Assembly: GCF_009914755.1 (NCBI RefSeq)
Contig: NC_060931.1
From: the human T2T-CHM13v2.0 reference genome, Homo sapiens
Strand: one strand, 5' to 3'
Length of the DNA stretch: 64,000 nucleotides
Shown here: positions 59,488-64,000 of the stretch, piece by piece
Layout of the letters: every line of letters begins with the position of its first letter
Numbering within the stretch: position 1 is the first letter of the stretch
Position numbers and translations under genes: made by a program
The notes under the pieces: model-generated
Database searches by the model: none
What the model was told of the DNA's origin: nothing
The model's input: the letters and a program-made list of their open reading frames with translations, nothing else

Positions 59488-61395
59488 ATAGGGCACCAGA
59501 CAGATTCCTAAGGCCTCTATTCCAGGCCCTAGCTACTGGACAACATTTCTAAACACACTGTGGGTAAGAAAGGAAACTGCTGCCTTGAAGGGAAGGAGCT
59601 AGTCCTGGCAGAGTTAATCAACTGCTGACTAAAAAGCCCTTGGGCCCTGAATAATCAGCAGGGGTACTCAGGTTCTACTTGCCGTGGGCCTTGGGTGAGA
59701 CTCAGAGGTATACTGGCTTCAGGTGAGACCTGCCACATTCCCAGCTGTGGTGGCTATGGAGAGAGACTCCCTTTTGCTTGAGGAAAGAAGAGGGAAGAGA
59801 AAAGGGAACATTGTCTTGCAGCTTGGGTACCAGCATGGCCACAGTAGGGTAGAGCACCAAGCAGACTCCTGAGGTCCCTGATTCTAGGCTTTGGATCCTG
59901 GATGGCATTTCTGGACATCCTCTGGGCCAGGAGGGAGTCCACTGCCTTGAAGAGCAAAACTCAGAACTGGCAACATTGACCATGAGCTTACTGAAGAGCC
60001 CTTGAGCCTTGAGTGTAGATCAGCAGTGTCCAGGCAGTACCTGCTGTGGGCCTGGGATGCTGGTGGTTACTGGAAGGAGACTCCTCTGCTTGAGGAAATG
60101 GGAGGGAGGAGTGAGGAAGACTTTGTGTTGCAGCTTGGGTGCCAGCTTAGCCACAGTAGAATAAAGCACCAGGCAGATTCCTAAGGCTTCTGACTCCAGG
60201 CCCTGGTTCCCAGATGCATCTCTGGATGCACCTGGGGCCAACGGGAACTCATTGCCCTGAAAGGAAGGACGCAAGTCTGGCTGGATTTGCCACTTGCTGA
60301 TTGTAGAGCTCTTGGGCTGCAAGGAAACATAGGTGGTAGGCAGGCAGTGGTCACTGCAGGCCTTGGGAGAAACCAGTGCTGTGTTGGCTTCAAGTCTGAG
60401 CCAGTGAAGTTCCAGTGGTGATGGCCATGGGCATGATTGTGTCACCCATCCCCCAGTTCCAGGCTGCTCAGCACATGGAGAGAGACTGTTTGGGGGAAAA
60501 TAAGGGAAGAGAACAAGAGTCTCTGCCTGGTAATTCAGGGAATTCTCCTGGATCTTAGCCAAGACCACCAAAGCAGTACTTCTGTGCGTCTGCAAGAACC
60601 ACAGTGTTACTGGGCTTGGGTTACCCCCTAAAGCAGATAATGGCTGCAGTTACCAAAGACTTAGATCACAACATGCAAGTCTTTTAAAATACTTACAAAG
60701 CCTTCCCAAAAAGGACAGGTACACAGGAGCCCAGACCATGAAGACTAAAATAAATATCTAACTGTTCAGTGTCCAGACACTGATGAACATCCACAAGCAT
60801 CATGACCATCCAGGAAAACATGATCTCACCAGACAAACTAAATAAGTCACCAGTGACCAATCTTGAAGGGACAGAGATATGTAACCTTTCAGACTTCAAA
60901 AGAATTCAAAAGAGCTGTTTTGAGGAAGAAACATCAGACTTAATCTGCACTGTAGACCAAATGGATCTAATAGATATTTACAGAACATTTCATCCAGTAG
61001 CTGCAGAATACACATTTTTCTCCACAGCACATGGTTCATCATCAAGGATATACCATATTTTAAGTTACAAAACAAGTCTCAAAACATTCAAAAAAATTGA
61101 AATAAGCATCTTCTCTGACCACAATGGAATAAAACTACAAATCAATAGCAAGAAGAGATTTGGAAACTATATCAACACAGTGAAATTAAACAATGTGCTT
61201 CTGAATGACCAATGGGTCTATGAAGAAATTAAGGAAATTAAAATACTTCGTGCAGCAAGTGAAAATGGAAACACAATATACCCAAACCTGTGGAATACGG
61301 TGAAAGCAGTAATAAAAAAATTTTAGCAGTAAGTGCCTACATCAAAAAATAGAATAACGTAAGCAAAGAAACTAATAATGCATCATAAAGAATTA

Positions 61396-61764
<369 letters not shown>

Positions 61765-62331
61765 CTAGGCACATACAACCTATCAAGATTGAACCAAGAA
61801 GAAATGCAAAACCTGAACAGACCGATAACAAGTCTAAGCCATAGTAAAAATTCTCCCAGCAAAGAAAAGCCAAGGAACTGATGGCTTCTCTGCTAAATTT
61901 TATCAAACATTTAAAGAAGAACTACCGATCCTACTCAAACTATCCTGAAAAATAGAGAAAAAAGGAATACTATCAAACCCATTCTACGAGGCCAGTATTA
62001 CCCTGCTATCAAAACCAAAGACACATCAAAAAAAGAAAACTGTAGGCCAATATCCCTGATAAATATGGATGCAAAAATCCTTAACAAAATACTAGCACAT
62101 CAATTCAACAACACATTCAAATAATCATTCATTATGACCCGTGGGATTTATTTTAGGGATACAAGGATAGTTTAACATATGCAAATCAATCAATGTAATA
62201 CATCATATTGACGGAATGAAGGATAAAAACCATATTATCATTTCAATTGATGCCAAAAAAGCATTTGATAAAATCTAACCTACCTTCATGATAAAAACTC
62301 TAAAATAAACTGGGTATAGAAGGAACATATA

Positions 62332-63371
62332 GCATCTATCAACCCGTCATCTAGGTTTTAGGCCCTGCATGCATTAGGTATTTTTCCTAATGCTCTCCCT
62401 TTTTCTCCACCCACTGACAGGCCCTGGTGTATGACATTCCCCTCCCTGTTGCCATGTGTTCTCTTTGTTCAACTCCTACTTATGAGTGAGAACATGTGGT
62501 GTTGGGTTTCCTGTTCCTGTGTTAGTTTGCTGAGGATGATGGTTTCCAGCTTTATCCAGGTTCCTGCAAAGGACATGAACTCATTCTTTTTTATGGCTAC
62601 ATAGTATTCCATGGTGTATATATGCAACATTTTCCTTATCCAGTCTATCATTGATGGGCATTTGGGTTGGTTCCAAGTATTTGCTATTGTAAATAGTGCT
62701 GCAATAAACATACTTGTGCATGTGTCTTTATAGCAGAATGATTTATAATCCTTTGGATATATACCCAGTAATGGGATTGCTGGGTAAAATGGTTTTTCTG
62801 GTTGTAGATCCTTGAGGATTCGCCACCTCGTCTTTCACAATGGTTGACCAATTTACACTCCCACCAGCAGTGTAAAAATGTTCCTATTTCTCCACATCCT
62901 TGCCAGCATCTGTTGTTTCCTGACTTTTTAATGATCTCCATTCTAATTGGTGTGAGATGGTATCCCATTGTGGTTTTGGTTTACATTTCTTACATGACCA
63001 GTGACGAGCTTTTTTTCATGTTTGTTGGCTGCATAAATGTCTTCTTTTGAGAAGTGTCTGTTCATATACTTTGCCCACTTTTTGATGGGGTTGTTTGCTT
63101 TTTTCTTGTAAATTTGTTTAAGTTACTTGTAGATTCTGAATATTAGACCTTTGTCAGATGGATAGATTGAAAAAGTTTTCTCCCATTCTGTAGATTGCAT
63201 ATTCACTCTATGATAGTTTCTTACACTGAGCAGAAGCTCTTTAGTTTAATTAGATCCCATTTGTCAATTTTGGCTTTTGTTGCAATTGCTTTTGGTGTTT
63301 TAATCATGAAGTCTTCTGCACGTTCAGCACATGTATCCCAGAACTTAAAGAAAAATTAAAAAAAAGAAAAA
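62332..63371. mobile_element. L1PA7/8-type insertion with 5' inversion
   Basis: Antisense 3'ORF2/3'UTR at 62332-63315, then sense terminus ctgcacgttcagcacatgtatcccagaacttaaag plus A-rich tail. Confidence 0.85.
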
Positions 63372-63413
63372 TAACAACTCACCAATAAAAAACTAAAAAA
63401 AAAAAAAAACAAA

Positions 63414-63899
63414 AACACATGCACATGTATGTTTATTGCAGCATTATTCACAATAGCAAAGACTTGGAACCAACCCCAATGTCCAACAATGTTAGACTGG
63501 ATTAAGAAAATGTGGCACATATACACCATGGAATACTATGCAGCCATAAAAAATGATGAGTTCATGTCCTTTGTAGGGACATGGATGAAATTGGAAATCA
63601 TCATTCTCAGTAAACTATCGCAAGAACAAAAAACCAAACACCGCATATACTCACTCATAGGTGGTAATTGAACAATGAGAACACATGGACACAGGAAGGG
63701 GAACATCACACTCTGGGGACTGTTGTGGGGTGGGGGGAAAGGGGAGGGATAGCATTGGGAGATATACCTAATGCTAGATGACGAGTTAGTGGGTGCAGCA
63801 CACCAGCATGGCACATGTATACATATGTAAATAACCTGCACATTGTGCACATGTACCCTAAAACTTAAAGTATAATATTAATAAATAAATTTAAAAAAA
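63414..63899 (+). mobile_element. 5'-truncated young L1 (L1PA2-like)
   Basis: gcattgggagatatacctaatgctagatgacgagttagtggg (GAG, not the L1HS ACA/ACG); ends taaaacttaaagtataat plus A-rich tail. Confidence 0.88.
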
Positions 63900-64000
63900 T
63901 TACGAAGAAAGTCAGGATATCAATTACTTGTGGAGGAAGAGTGGAAGAGAGAGAAGGGTTATGGCTGGGATGGACCAAATAGAGAGATATGAGGTGATTA

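Noticed and set aside
57959-59511. Overlapping 100-170 aa GC-rich ORFs and an apparent CpG island
   Set aside because: They lie in LTR12C; stop codons are scarce because of GC content, and this is not a host-gene CpG island
59702-60631. 191-aa minus-strand ORF and similar neighbours
   Set aside because: Antisense reading of the repeated L1 5'UTR units; no recognisable domain
63414-63899. L1HS-Ta insertion
   Set aside because: The diagnostic site reads GAG rather than ACA/ACG, and the element is under 0.5 kb

Overview
This is AT-rich primate genomic DNA, probably human or great ape, since it carries AluY, LTR12C and an L1PA2-type 3' end. It reads as large-intron or intergenic sequence and is densely packed with repeats. 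I count about 25 Alus, several L1s (a near full-length old L1PB-type on -, an internally deleted L1M/L1MA-type on +, and younger L1PA 3' pieces), about 11 solo LTRs (THE1, MLT1, MER31, LTR27-like, LTR12C), hAT DNA-transposon relics, MIR/L2 remnants and microsatellites. Nearly every ORF in the track is an Alu, L1, LTR or simple-repeat artefact. I cannot support any protein-coding gene, RNA gene or named host gene, and I found no evidence for a new biological system. The best leads are: a well-formed minus-strand exon candidate at 11656-11834 with a possible upstream first exon or promoter; a 92-bp microsatellite palindrome; a ~100-nt hairpin in unique DNA; an LTR12C promoter inside an L1 5'UTR upstream of an ORF1-ORF2 deletion-fusion ORF; and several atypical retrotransposition scars. 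Repeat family and subfamily names come from remembered consensus features and need RepeatMasker/Dfam confirmation.
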